Positions 40,792-50,290 are shown, counted from the whole stretch's first letter. The stretch: 63,602 nucleotides of DNA, filler included, from Reclinomonas americana ATCC 50394 (GCA_048213135.1; 18 parts of 18 records of this genome joined end to end with filler, not necessarily neighbours in it); one strand, 5' to 3'. Notes: generated by a model from the sequence alone, not told the origin. Program-made: numbers and translations.

Positions 40792-42956
40792 TGGAGAAGG
40801 GGAAGGATAAATGTCACTTGTGCCCTCTCTTGATAGGATCGCTTCTGTTGACTTGCGCTCTTCGGAGAACCAGCCACCTGGTTGGTACTCGACTGCGGTG
40901 GTGGTCGCGAAGAGTCTGTTCTCACGTGGGTGCGTGTGTGCGTGTGTTTGTGTTCGTTTGCTCGCTCCTGATTGTCACTCTTTCCCGCCTTTCTACTCCC
41001 GCCTTGCTCTGAGACGTCGTCCATCCCTCGCCAGGCTGTAGCCAGCACCCCACATAGCATGCGGTAGTGTGTGAGCAATGCGGTGCGTGTGGGCTTTCGA
41101 AGACCGACATGAGACTGTCGATGCGAAGTCGGCAGAATGGACATGCAGGCGGTGGTGACACCAGGTCGCGCTCCACTGCATCGCGCTGCTGTCCAGCGAC
41201 ACTTCATTTCGACTGGCCTGCATTCTCTGCCAACGAGGACTGGATTGTCGGGCTGCTTGGATGTGCAGCTGTGGCCCTGTTGTTCATGTTGTCACAAGAA
41301 TCCAATGAGAACCGAGTCATCGAAACCGCACACCTCATTGGATCGGTCCACAGCGAGGTTGATGAGGGCACGATGATGGCACAAGGAACAGGAGAGGAGA
41401 GACCATTACAGTAGCACGTGCACAGAGATGGAAGAGGCAGCCGCGTCGTGAGGCTCGCCTCCTCTCACCCAAATCACAATCAATGCCTCGTGACTTCAAT
41501 CACACTCACAGTCGGTCGGTGAATCGTCTCACACATGCACTGTGAAGCACGGAACAACATGTGGTCATGTTGCATGCATGCCAGTGGCAAACTACTTACC
41601 AGCACGCCTGCGTTCAGATCAAACACAGAATTGAGTCAGTCAATCTTCAAGTCTCGCCGCAGAAAATGCATGAACGCACCATGTGTTGCAGGCCTTGCAC
41701 GTATCTGCTGTCCCCCATGGCCACCACCATTGTCACCTGGCAGTGACAGCAGCAACCAAGGTGTGTACATTATCGATCTGCTCCGACTCGCCAGCCGGGA
41801 TTGAAACAAGCCACCAACCAGGCCACCGGCGCACATCACGACACGCATGTGTACATCCCCCCACCACGCACTCCTTGACGAGCACGGCCTGCACGAATGA
41901 GGTGAGTGGGAGGGAAGGAGGAAAGAAAGATCACGCCGAACAAGGCCATGGCCACACACCTGCTTCGTGAACGGGTGTGGAGCTCACTGAGTGAGGTGAC
42001 AGCCGGCAGCGGGCGATGCACAGCACGCCTGCAATCATTACGGAACAACGAGGCGGACCTGCCTCCAAGGCGTCCGCATGTCGGTACGCTGTGAGCGAAA
42101 GAAATGAGGAAGGAGAGAGATATCTGCTCTGTCTCACGTGACGAACACACCGATCAGCAGCTGATACCAACACGCGGTTGGGCAAGAAGCAAGCCAAGGG
42201 ACGCTCATACAACCATCCTGCAAAGGAGAGTAGAGTGAGCAGAGTCAGTCTGCAGTCATGTCACCTCACACACTTCGGTGTCGGGATGCTAACCATGATG
42301 GACTGCCCAACACGATGGCTGAATCGCAGCCGGCGCACATTGAGCAGATACTCGGATCGACCTTGTGCGGGAAGGATGGGGCACATGACTGGGGAAGAAG
42401 ATAAGCGCACAAAGGAGGGAGACGGCGGAGAAAGAGAGAAACTCTGCAAGGGACAAAAAGCGGGAGAGCTGAATGACAGGCATTTTTCAGAACCGGAAAG
42501 AGAATGTCCGCGGCGCACAGGCACAATGGGAAGCAGGGCGGTGATGCCAAGGAAGTGTGCAAATGAAGACGCGAGGAAATAGACAACGGCGGCTCGCCCT
42601 CCTGAGGCGCATACACGAACGACGGAAGAAGCACGCACAACAGACATCACAAAGAGACAAATTGACACACCAGATTTCCAAGCAATCCATCTCGCTCGCA
42701 CACACAAATAGAGGTGAGAAAGAGACACGCATGCAGAGGGAGACATGTTCCACGCCCACCAACTCTCATTCACATGACAGGGCAATAAGCACGCGAGAAG
42801 AATTCACCACCATCAACAGCGATCTCTCGTCCTTCTCTGTCGTCCTTCTATCCCCCCACCTGCACCATGAACAACCACCCATTCTCCCTCGCACAACAAG
42901 AAAAAAAACTCACGATCGCCAGCAGCCACCGCTCTCCCTCCCTTCGACTCACCAAC

Positions 42957-43417
42957 TCAGCACCGAAAAAGGACAACCTCGGCATCCTCGACGATGAAAC
43001 AGCGCAGAACCAGCTCGGGAAGACATCTTGAATCTTCTTCTTCCTCCTGCAAATCCTTCACAGCCTGCATGGCCGAGCATGCGGCGTCGAGTTCGAAGCG
43101 AGCAAGGCCACGCGGCGTCGACCACACTCGCACGGTCTCGTCGTAGCCACCCGCACTCACAATGTGCTGACCATCGGGAGAGACGGCCACAGACGACACC
43201 CATCCGTCATGTCCCTCCAACTGTCGTACTTCCTCGCCACTTGCGAGAGACCACATCCGCACGGTGCTGTCCTCGCTCCCACTCACAATATGCTGACCGC
43301 TGGGAGTAACAGCGATGGCGCACACCCTTCCAGTGTGTCCCTCCAACCGGCGCACTTCCATCCCACTTACCAGCGACAATATTCGCACTGTCTCGTCCCC
43401 ACCGCCACTCACAATGC
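42957..43417 (-). CDS. WD40 array copy 14 (3' part only)
   Basis: Last blades plus conserved tail, truncated at the contig end. Confidence 0.8.
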
Positions 43418-43517
43418 NNNNNNNNNNNNNNNNNNNNNNNNNNNNNNNNNNNNNNNNNNNNTTAATTAATTAANNNNNNNNNNNNNNNNNNNNNNNNNNN
43501 NNNNNNNNNNNNNNNNN
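43418..43517. other. Artificial contig linker at the eukaryote/bacterium boundary (one of 17 identical linkers)
   Basis: N44-TTAATTAATTAA-N44, which has stops in all six frames. Others start at 1596, 3805, 11656, 17532, 27848, 29686, 32311, 38632, 45663, 47055, 48778, 50394, 51667, 56189, 59834 and 62040. Confidence 0.98.
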
Positions 43518-43619
43518 CGGAATCCGCAGCCGGCCTACTTTCCGCCCTTTGAGCCCCCTCAGCCTCCGCTGGCGGCGTCATCTGCCACGCTGCCACCAGC
43601 CTCCCGTTGTGATGGAGCC

Positions 43620-44561
43620 ATGAGCATCGCGCAGCTCTTCGAGGCGATGCGCGAAGCGATGCTGGAGTTCGTCAAGCCCTCGACGCTGCGTCGCTACCAG
43701 TCGACGATCGAGAAGCTCTCTGCGTTCACCGACCATGCCGACTTTCGCTCGCTGACCAAAGATCGTGTCAACGCTTGGATCAAGCACCGAACGACCCAGG
43801 AAGGCATCAGCAAAAAGACGGTCAGGAACAACGACCTCGTCGCCGTCCAGTCGGTGTTGAACTTCGCGATGACGGAGGAAGGCGGCGCGCGGATCAAGGA
43901 AAATCCGATCCACGGCCTCAAGATCAAACTGCCCAGGGCCGCGAAGACGAAGCACGAGAGACGCTTCCATGATGCCGAAATCGTTTCGATCCTCACGGCC
44001 GCAAACGCGGTCGAGATGGGAGGGCGATATCCAAAATCCGCCGCGGGCAACCGCTGGACGCCTTGGCTCGCGGCTTATTCGGGTGCTCGCATCCAAGAAC
44101 TCGTCAGCCTCGAGGCGGAGCATATCCGCAAGGAGGGCAGCACGTGGGTGATGGATCTCTTCAAGACCAAGACGGACGAGGACCGAACCGTTCCGATTCA
44201 CGAGCACGTCATCGAAATCGGCTTTCTCGACTACGTCCGCAGCGTCGGCAAAGGGCCCCTCTTCATTGATCCGCCCGAGGTGTCTGGTCGCACCGATAGC
44301 GCATCGCGAGATGCCTCCGAGGTTCGGGCTTCAGGCGTCGCCGTCTTCATCCGCGCCAAGGCCACCCTACGGAAAGAGGTCGATCCAAACCACGGATGGC
44401 GCGGTACCTGGAAGTCGATCGCAGCGAGCTTCGGTATCGAGGAACGATACCGTGACGCGATCACCGGGCACACGCCGGGATCGGTCGGACGCAAGTACGA
44501 AAGACCGACCACCGCCGAGTTGGCCAAGGCGATGAAGAGGTTCCGCCGCTACGCCCTATAG
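43620..44561 (+). CDS. Tyrosine recombinase/phage integrase family (probably 5'-truncated)
   Basis: Catalytic motifs YSGARIQE (R), KTK, HGWR (HxxR), ITGH and RKYE (Y). The frame is open back to the contig edge. Confidence 0.9.
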   Translation: MSIAQLFEAMREAMLEFVKPSTLRRYQSTIEKLSAFTDHADFRSLTKDRVNAWIKHRTTQEGISKKTVRNNDLVAVQSVLNFAMTEEGGARIKENPIHGLKIKLPRAAKTKHERRFHDAEIVSILTAANAVEMGGRYPKSAAGNRWTPWLAAYSGARIQELVSLEAEHIRKEGSTWVMDLFKTKTDEDRTVPIHEHVIEIGFLDYVRSVGKGPLFIDPPEVSGRTDSASRDASEVRASGVAVFIRAKATLRKEVDPNHGWRGTWKSIAASFGIEERYRDAITGHTPGSVGRKYERPTTAELAKAMKRFRRYAL

Positions 44562-44617
44562 TCCAGTCATGATGGCGTCGGCCGCTCGTGTCGTTGGCGG
44601 ACGACGGATCGCATCAC

Positions 44618-44640
44618 GGGGCGGCGCCACGCGCCGTCCC
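44618..44640. terminator. GC-rich hairpin between convergent genes
   Basis: GGGGCGGCGC-CAC-GCGCCGTCCC, 10-bp stem. Confidence 0.5.
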
Positions 44641-44746
44641 CGAATGAGCGAAAGCCCGGTTCATTCCCTAGGAAAGCCGACCGCGTCCCAGCGTGGCGGG
44701 CCCGTTGCAGGCCACCTCGCAAAAGGCTCTTGACGGACTTGAGCCT

Positions 44747-45616
44747 TCAGAAGTCCCCTTCCTTCTCGATGCCCTGTCCGCGGGACAGAAAGCTCACATT
44801 CGCGACGGCAGTCCCGAGCGTGACGTGCCGATGGATGATGACCTCGATGATCCTGATCAGGCGATCGACATCGTCGGTCTTCGGCCGGAAGAAGTAGATT
44901 TCGTTTGCGACCGAGCGGCGCCAGGTCGCGTTGAAGCCGTAGGCCGAGTAGCGCCGCAGCGTTCGGCGGTCGATATCGGCCATCTTGCAATGGGCGATGC
45001 CGTCAGGCGATTCGAGCCAGGCGCCGAGCGAGCAGCCCTGCATCAGGTCGTGCATGCGCTTCTCGAATTCCTCGCTGCCGAGGTTGTGGGGCAGGCGCAC
45101 GGACAGGCCACGCTTCTGAACCGTCACCGGCGATCCTTCGAGCGGCTTGCCGACCGGAAGCAGGACTTGGAAGGTCCACGTGTTGAAGCCGAGCTCGCTG
45201 CACAGATGGCCCTCTTCGGTCATTGTGAGCGCGCCATAGCGGTCGAGATTCAGCTCCCGTAGCCGTTCCGTTGGGTCCGATTGTGTCGTCGCCGACAGCT
45301 TGTGCAGGGGAGCATTCAGCCGCCGGGCGATCCCGGCCAGGCCCTGCGCCGCGGGGTTGTGCGGGTGGTAGCCGCACCCAGCCGCGTAGGCGAAGGTAAG
45401 GAAGCCTGGCCGGTAACGCGAGAGGAACGCGTCTGTCAGGAACGCATCGGCGGGCAGCGGAAGAAGCTTCGTGCCGCAGATGCGCGGCCACTGCGTCGGG
45501 TACCAGCGCCGGACAGCGCCGGCCGAGCCTTCGGGCAGGAGCGCGCTGCCGATCTCTCGCTTCGCGTGCGGCTTCCCGCTGGTGTCGTCGGTCTTGGTCG
45601 TCATGATCTGATCCAT
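44747..45616 (-). CDS. Hypothetical protein, possibly GIY-YIG/T5orf172-like
   Basis: Long ORF. GFLTFAYAAG..LHKLSATTQSDPTERLRELN loosely resembles the T5orf172 Y..KIGxT..p.eRl.eLn pattern. Confidence 0.6.
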   Translation of the reverse strand: MDQIMTTKTDDTSGKPHAKREIGSALLPEGSAGAVRRWYPTQWPRICGTKLLPLPADAFLTDAFLSRYRPGFLTFAYAAGCGYHPHNPAAQGLAGIARRLNAPLHKLSATTQSDPTERLRELNLDRYGALTMTEEGHLCSELGFNTWTFQVLLPVGKPLEGSPVTVQKRGLSVRLPHNLGSEEFEKRMHDLMQGCSLGAWLESPDGIAHCKMADIDRRTLRRYSAYGFNATWRRSVANEIYFFRPKTDDVDRLIRIIEVIIHRHVTLGTAVANVSFLSRGQGIEKEGDF

Positions 45617-45762
45617 CCGTCTGGGGCTTCCCGGGGGCATTCCCGATCTCACCTCACTCCCGNNNNNNNNNNNNNNNNNNNNNNNNNNNNNNNNNNNNNN
45701 NNNNNNTTAATTAATTAANNNNNNNNNNNNNNNNNNNNNNNNNNNNNNNNNNNNNNNNNNNN

Positions 45763-46270
45763 CGTCGAGCGAGGGCGCGGGCGGCGCCGGCGGAACGGTC
45801 AGTTCGCCGACATGGAACGCGGCCCGCATCACACGGATCCGACGCGCCGTCGCGGGCTCGAGCGCCGCAATGTAGTCTGCCTCCTGGTCGGTGCCGAACG
45901 GCCCCCGCGCGTGCGCGAGGGCGAGCTTTGCATCGACCTCGTCCAGGCTGTCGGCCGGCCAGACGCAGACCAGGCTGTCGAAGAGGAGCGCTGCGAGTCC
46001 GAGACCGGCTGCGACCGTGCTCGCCTGCGGGTGCCGATCGACGGCATAGGCGACGCGATGCGCCTCGTTGTTGAACTGCCGCGACATCCGCGCCGCCTCC
46101 TTGAGGTCGGGCCGGCTCTGCCGGAAGGCGATGAGGTCGCCGAGCGCCGGGTCATCGCCGAGGCCCGAGGTCAGCGCCTCGATCGGGTCGGGGAAGCTCT
46201 CCCCCTCGCGAAGCGCGAGGGTGGTGTTCTGGGGCGGCGGCAGCCTGCCCTGATCGTCATTCTTGGACAT
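45763..46270 (-). CDS. Hypothetical protein (3'-truncated)
   Basis: ATG at 46270, open to the gap, high-GC bacterial codon style. Confidence 0.6.
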
Positions 46271-46330
46271 GATGTGTTTTTCCGTGGGTTACAGCCATCT
46301 CGACTGCATCCCCTACTGCTCTCTGGAATC

Positions 46331-46362
46331 ACGAAGGGGCGCCCGTGGGGACGCCCCTTCGT
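46331..46362 (-). terminator. Strong inverted repeat, likely intrinsic terminator
   Basis: ACGAAGGGGCG..CGCCCCTTCGT just downstream of the stop at 46384. Confidence 0.7.
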
Positions 46363-46383
46363 CTTCTGGAAGGACTTGGACCC

Positions 46384-47052
46384 TCAGCGGCCGCGCACGG
46401 CCGCCGAGATCGTGCGAGCCGTCCTGCCGAGCTCGCCGATGATCGCGCCCGTCATCGTGGCGAAGGTCACGATGCTGCGCAGCCTCGGCTCGGGGAGGCG
46501 CGAGGCGAGAGCCCGCGCACGATCCTTTGCGGCCGCCCCGTCATCGACGAGGTCGGCGTAGAGGCAGGCGCGTGCGAGGTCGACTGTCGCCAGCAGGGCA
46601 GCCCCGTGCCGGGCTCGTTCGAGCCGTTCCAGCGCCTCGGGCCCAATATCGCCCTCGGCGATCTCACGCGCGTGGCGATCCGCATCGTCGAGCTGGAGCG
46701 CGGCCCGCTCGACCAGCGCCGCGACCTGCGGAAGATCCCGCATGAAGGCCGTCAGGCTCAGGCCCTGCTCGAGCGCGACCATGGCGGGTTCGCCCTGCCG
46801 CGCGTTCTTCACCGAGGACGGGACGGCGCTCGCCAGCATGAAGGTCCTGCGCTGGCGCTCGCCGATGGTGATCGGCAAGGGGCCGATCTCGAAGGCGAGC
46901 GCCGCAGCTTCGACCATGGCGGGATCGCCGGTCAGGCGGAGCTTGCAGTCGACGCTGTCGGCGATGAACGCGCGCGCCAGCACATCCTCGCCGGTTCGAC
47001 CTCCTCCTTGTAACAGCTCGGCAGCAGCACCGGCAAAGATCCATCTAGCGTC
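46384..47052 (-). CDS. Hypothetical alpha-helical protein (5'-truncated)
   Basis: Frame open from the contig edge through MLARAFIAD.. to TGA at 46384. Confidence 0.6.
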   Translation of the reverse strand, partial: DARWIFAGAAAELLQGGGRTGEDVLARAFIADSVDCKLRLTGDPAMVEAAALAFEIGPLPITIGERQRRTFMLASAVPSSVKNARQGEPAMVALEQGLSLTAFMRDLPQVAALVERAALQLDDADRHAREIAEGDIGPEALERLERARHGAALLATVDLARACLYADLVDDGAAAKDRARALASRLPEPRLRSIVTFATMTGAIIGELGRTARTISAAVRGR

Positions 47053-47255
47053 ACNNNNNNNNNNNNNNNNNNNNNNNNNNNNNNNNNNNNNNNNNNNNTT
47101 AATTAATTAANNNNNNNNNNNNNNNNNNNNNNNNNNNNNNNNNNNNNNNNNNNNTCATGTCGGATCCAGAAGTTTTTGGGGGTTACTGCCTCGTGGCAGC
47201 GCCTCTCCGCTTCCTTCCGGAATGGCCGGCGCTTCGGGCGCCGGCCTCTTACCCT

Positions 47256-48662
47256 TCACGCCGCCATCTGCTGGCGGTCGCTGCGCTCGCGCAGCCAGCG
47301 CTCGATCGCATCGAGATGGGCATGGCGATCCGCATCCTGCGCATCGAGCGAGGAACGCAGTTCCGCCACCTCCCTGATCGCCTTAGGCAAGGTTAGCCAA
47401 GGAACGTCCGTCTCCGTCGTCAGGCGCTCGCGCAGCCAGTCGCGGCCCTTGCGCCAGGCTTCCGGCGCGAGGCACTCAGGCGCCTCCAGGAACATTTGCC
47501 TGTTGGCGAAGGCCTGGAGCCGGACGTCGCCTAGGTGCTTGACCAGGGCGCCACGCTGATCCCAGGGCAGCTCATGCCAGCGCGCGCAGATGCGCATGTC
47601 GGCATCCGAGAGGAAGCCCCCGGAATAGAGCGTCGCCTCCGGATATGGCAATGGCTCCCGATCGGCGAAGCGGTTCTTCAGCGCCTCGGTGAGATGGCGC
47701 TGGAAGGTCGGATGCCGACGCACCTGGCGAGCGCGGTCGTTGTAGACCGCGTCATCGAGCCGATCGGCCGGCAAGGCGTGCTGGGCATCCTCCCAGGCCA
47801 GCACGATCGGCTGGGCATTCGTCTTGACCATCCGCACCGGCCTTGCGCCCGACCGCGTCAGCAGGCCGGCGACGTCCTCGGCGGAGCCGTCGAGATAACT
47901 TGCAGGGTCGATCGAAAGATCGAGCGCGGCCCAGGACGTCGCGTTATTGGGGTTGGCCATGACACCGACCGCGGGCACCAGTGCCGACTGGCCGCCGAGG
48001 CAGATGAGGTCACCGCGGGAGAGGAGACGGATCGGTCCCGACTTGTGCGCGTTGGCAAGCATCAGCTCGACGCTGCGCGGGGCGCGCTCGCGCAGCAGCC
48101 GAAACAGCGCCAACGTGGCGCGGGCATCGAACAGCGCATCATGCGCCTCGTCCTCAGTGAGGGCGATCCCATTGGCGCGGCAAACCGCGCCGAGCTTAAG
48201 CGAGCGCTTGCCGTTGCCGTCGACGGGAACCGTGATCGCGCCCGGCTCGATCAGGATCGACGCGCGAAGCATGACAAGGGTATCGGCCCGCTTCAGCCCG
48301 GTGGACTGCGTGGCATAGGGCGGCAACAGATGGGTGAGGAAGTTGTGGCGGAGGACCTCCTCGTCGTAGCGCAGCACATTGTGGCCCAGAATCGTCGCAG
48401 GCGCCCACGCCCGCAGCGCCCGGCCGATCTGGCCGAGCAGCTCGAGGCTCGACATCGGCGCCTGATCCAACTGGTCCGGGCGAATACCCGTGGTCAGCAA
48501 GGCGCCCGGCGACGGCACGATGTAAGCCGGCAGACGACACCTCAACGAGAGCTCGCTGAGCGGGCGCAGCTCGTCATCGACGTGAATGAGGGCGGCCTGG
48601 AGCGGCACGTTCCAGGCCGGATCGAGACCGCTCGTCTCGAGATCGTACACGATGAAGGGCAT
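47256..48662 (-). CDS. sbcB: Exodeoxyribonuclease I-like DEDDh 3'-5' exonuclease
   Basis: FIVYDLETSG (Exo I), GHNVLRYDEE (Exo II), AHDALFDARAT (Exo III), VKTNAQPIV and EATLYSGGFLSDAD. 468 aa, with GGAG RBS. Confidence 0.85.
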   Translation of the reverse strand: MPFIVYDLETSGLDPAWNVPLQAALIHVDDELRPLSELSLRCRLPAYIVPSPGALLTTGIRPDQLDQAPMSSLELLGQIGRALRAWAPATILGHNVLRYDEEVLRHNFLTHLLPPYATQSTGLKRADTLVMLRASILIEPGAITVPVDGNGKRSLKLGAVCRANGIALTEDEAHDALFDARATLALFRLLRERAPRSVELMLANAHKSGPIRLLSRGDLICLGGQSALVPAVGVMANPNNATSWAALDLSIDPASYLDGSAEDVAGLLTRSGARPVRMVKTNAQPIVLAWEDAQHALPADRLDDAVYNDRARQVRRHPTFQRHLTEALKNRFADREPLPYPEATLYSGGFLSDADMRICARWHELPWDQRGALVKHLGDVRLQAFANRQMFLEAPECLAPEAWRKGRDWLRERLTTETDVPWLTLPKAIREVAELRSSLDAQDADRHAHLDAIERWLRERSDRQQMAA

Positions 48663-48922
48663 CGGCGTGCTCCTACTGCACGCCGCCGGAGCCAGTCGCG
48701 ACCGGCTCCTTGCGCAGCTTGATGCCGAGCGCGCTCGCGTCGGCGTGCATGGCGATCTCCACCATGTAAGCCGTGCGNNNNNNNNNNNNNNNNNNNNNNN
48801 NNNNNNNNNNNNNNNNNNNNNTTAATTAATTAANNNNNNNNNNNNNNNNNNNNNNNNNNNNNNNNNNNNNNNNNNNNCCTAGTCGCCCTATTGTCCGTCC
48901 CGCCAGCAGCGGTGCGCCGCTT

Positions 48923-49807
48923 TCAGGCGACGGAAACAGCCGCTTCGATGGCCTGTTGGTAAGGTGTCGTCGGACGGCCGAGCAATGCCTGCAACTGGCG
49001 GCCATGGTCTTCCAGTTCACCTCTGGACGCGCTGATGTCCGACTCCGCAATCAGTTCGGCCAAGACATCGGGAAGTCCCATGCCGACAAGGGCCTGCTTG
49101 AACTTTGCCTTGGGCATGTCCTGATAGTTGACTGGTCTGCCCGCTGCTGACGCGATGGTGTTTGCTAGGTCGGTGAGGTCATAGCTCTCGTCTCCGGCCA
49201 GTTCATAGATGCGTCCCGCCTGGCCTTCTGTCGTTAGAACGACAGCATCGGCCTCCGCATAGTCGGCGCGCGTGGCCGACGAGAAACGTCCCTGTCCCGC
49301 GCTGCCAATAACTGCCCCGTACTGAAGTGCAGGTGGCACGGAAGCCGTGTGGTTCTCGGTATACCAGCCGTGCCGGAGAAGGACGAACGGCAGGCCGGAT
49401 GCTCGCAACGCGGCTTCGGTGTTTTTGTGATCTTCGGCGAGACCGGAGGTCGAGGTATCGGCGTGAAGCAGGCTCGTGTAGGCAAGCAAGCCGACATTGG
49501 CCGCTTTCGCGGCATTGATGACGTTCTGGTGCTGGGCAGCCCGGTCGTCCCCCGCAGTCGATGAGATCATCAGCAGCCGACCGATGCCTTCAAATGCTGA
49601 TGACAAGGTGTCGGGGCGGGCATAGTCGGCAACGCGGATCTCGACGCCTCGCGCACTGAACTGCCTCGCCACCTCATGATCGGGCGACCGGACGCCCGCC
49701 ACAATGCTGCTTGCTGGGACCTGCTTTAATAATTCCCCGATAACGAGGCGTCCAAGCTGGCCGGTAGATCCGGTAACGAACAGTCGGGGCTGAGTGTCAT
49801 GCGTCAT
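48923..49807 (-). CDS. NmrA/atypical SDR NAD(P)H-binding oxidoreductase (QorB/YtfG-like)
   Basis: VTGSTGQLGRLVI Rossmann motif, ADYARPDTL, LRHGWYTEN. Confidence 0.9.
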   Translation of the reverse strand: MTHDTQPRLFVTGSTGQLGRLVIGELLKQVPASSIVAGVRSPDHEVARQFSARGVEIRVADYARPDTLSSAFEGIGRLLMISSTAGDDRAAQHQNVINAAKAANVGLLAYTSLLHADTSTSGLAEDHKNTEAALRASGLPFVLLRHGWYTENHTASVPPALQYGAVIGSAGQGRFSSATRADYAEADAVVLTTEGQAGRIYELAGDESYDLTDLANTIASAAGRPVNYQDMPKAKFKQALVGMGLPDVLAELIAESDISASRGELEDHGRQLQALLGRPTTPYQQAIEAAVSVA

Positions 49808-49866
49808 TTTAATTCAATATCCTTCTACGTCGTCAGAGCAGCCTGAAGGGCCGCGTTTGGCCGCGC

Positions 49867-50235
49867 TCAGCTTTGCGCAGTGTGGAACGTGATGGAGTAA
49901 CCATCGGGATCGCTGGCCACGAAGAATCTACCGAACGGGCCATCGCTCAGCGGGCTGAGCACCTTCCCGCCGCGCTCGACGATCAGGTCGTGGAAGGTGT
50001 CCGCATCGTCGCAGGCAACCCACAAGACCATGCCGGTTCCCAATGGGCCGTTTTCGGGCAGTGGCCGCAGCGGTTCGCGCAGTGCCAGGGCAATCGGCCT
50101 GGTGGTGAAGACGACAGCGCCGGGCGGATTCCGGTCTGCTGCCGTGAAGCCGAACACGTCCTTGTAGAACGCCGCGGAGGTTGCGAGGTCACGAACCTGC
50201 AACGCGATGAAGGATGGTCCGATCGGTATTGTCAT
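49867..50235 (-). CDS. VOC/glyoxalase family protein
   Basis: LQVRDLATSAAFYKDVFGF and GPFGRFFVASDPDGY. Confidence 0.9.
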   Translation of the reverse strand: MTIPIGPSFIALQVRDLATSAAFYKDVFGFTAADRNPPGAVVFTTRPIALALREPLRPLPENGPLGTGMVLWVACDDADTFHDLIVERGGKVLSPLSDGPFGRFFVASDPDGYSITFHTAQS

Positions 50236-50254
50236 TTTGTACGCTCCAGCATAT

Positions 50255-50290
50255 TATCAGGTTCCTTATATCTATATCAGGCTCCTTATA
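50255..50290. promoter_or_regulatory. Tandem pseudo-palindromic operators, probable MarR sites
   Basis: TATCAGGTTCCTTATA (50255-50270) and TATCAGGCTCCTTATA (50275-50290) between divergent genes. Confidence 0.7.

Larger units (their letters stand above)
4014..43417 (-). repeat. Tandem array of ~3.2-kb units, each with one WD40 gene and a ~2-kb homologous spacer (at least 14 copies)
   Basis: Stop-to-stop distances without gaps are 3175, 3212, 3158, 3210, 3360, 3217 and 3301 bp. Spacer blocks such as GCCGGGATTGAAAACGATCCACCGACCAGG recur across units. Confidence 0.95.

Noticed and set aside
4581..43417. Dscam/protocadherin-style alternative last exons of the NLR gene
   Set aside because: The array is on the opposite strand to the NLR, and each unit has its own ATG micro-exon and upstream block, so cis-splicing to this NLR is not possible.
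4378..43469. Many + strand and alternate-frame ORFs over the WD genes and spacers (e.g. 7157-7969, 15449-16480, 25125-26150)
   Set aside because: These are shadows of repetitive WD coding sequence or low-complexity spacers, and their frames are not conserved between units.
43418..44561. Integrase mobilising or rearranging the WD40 array, or bacterium-to-eukaryote transfer
   Set aside because: Adjacency is only across an artificial linker, and sequence style and gene structure indicate different organisms.
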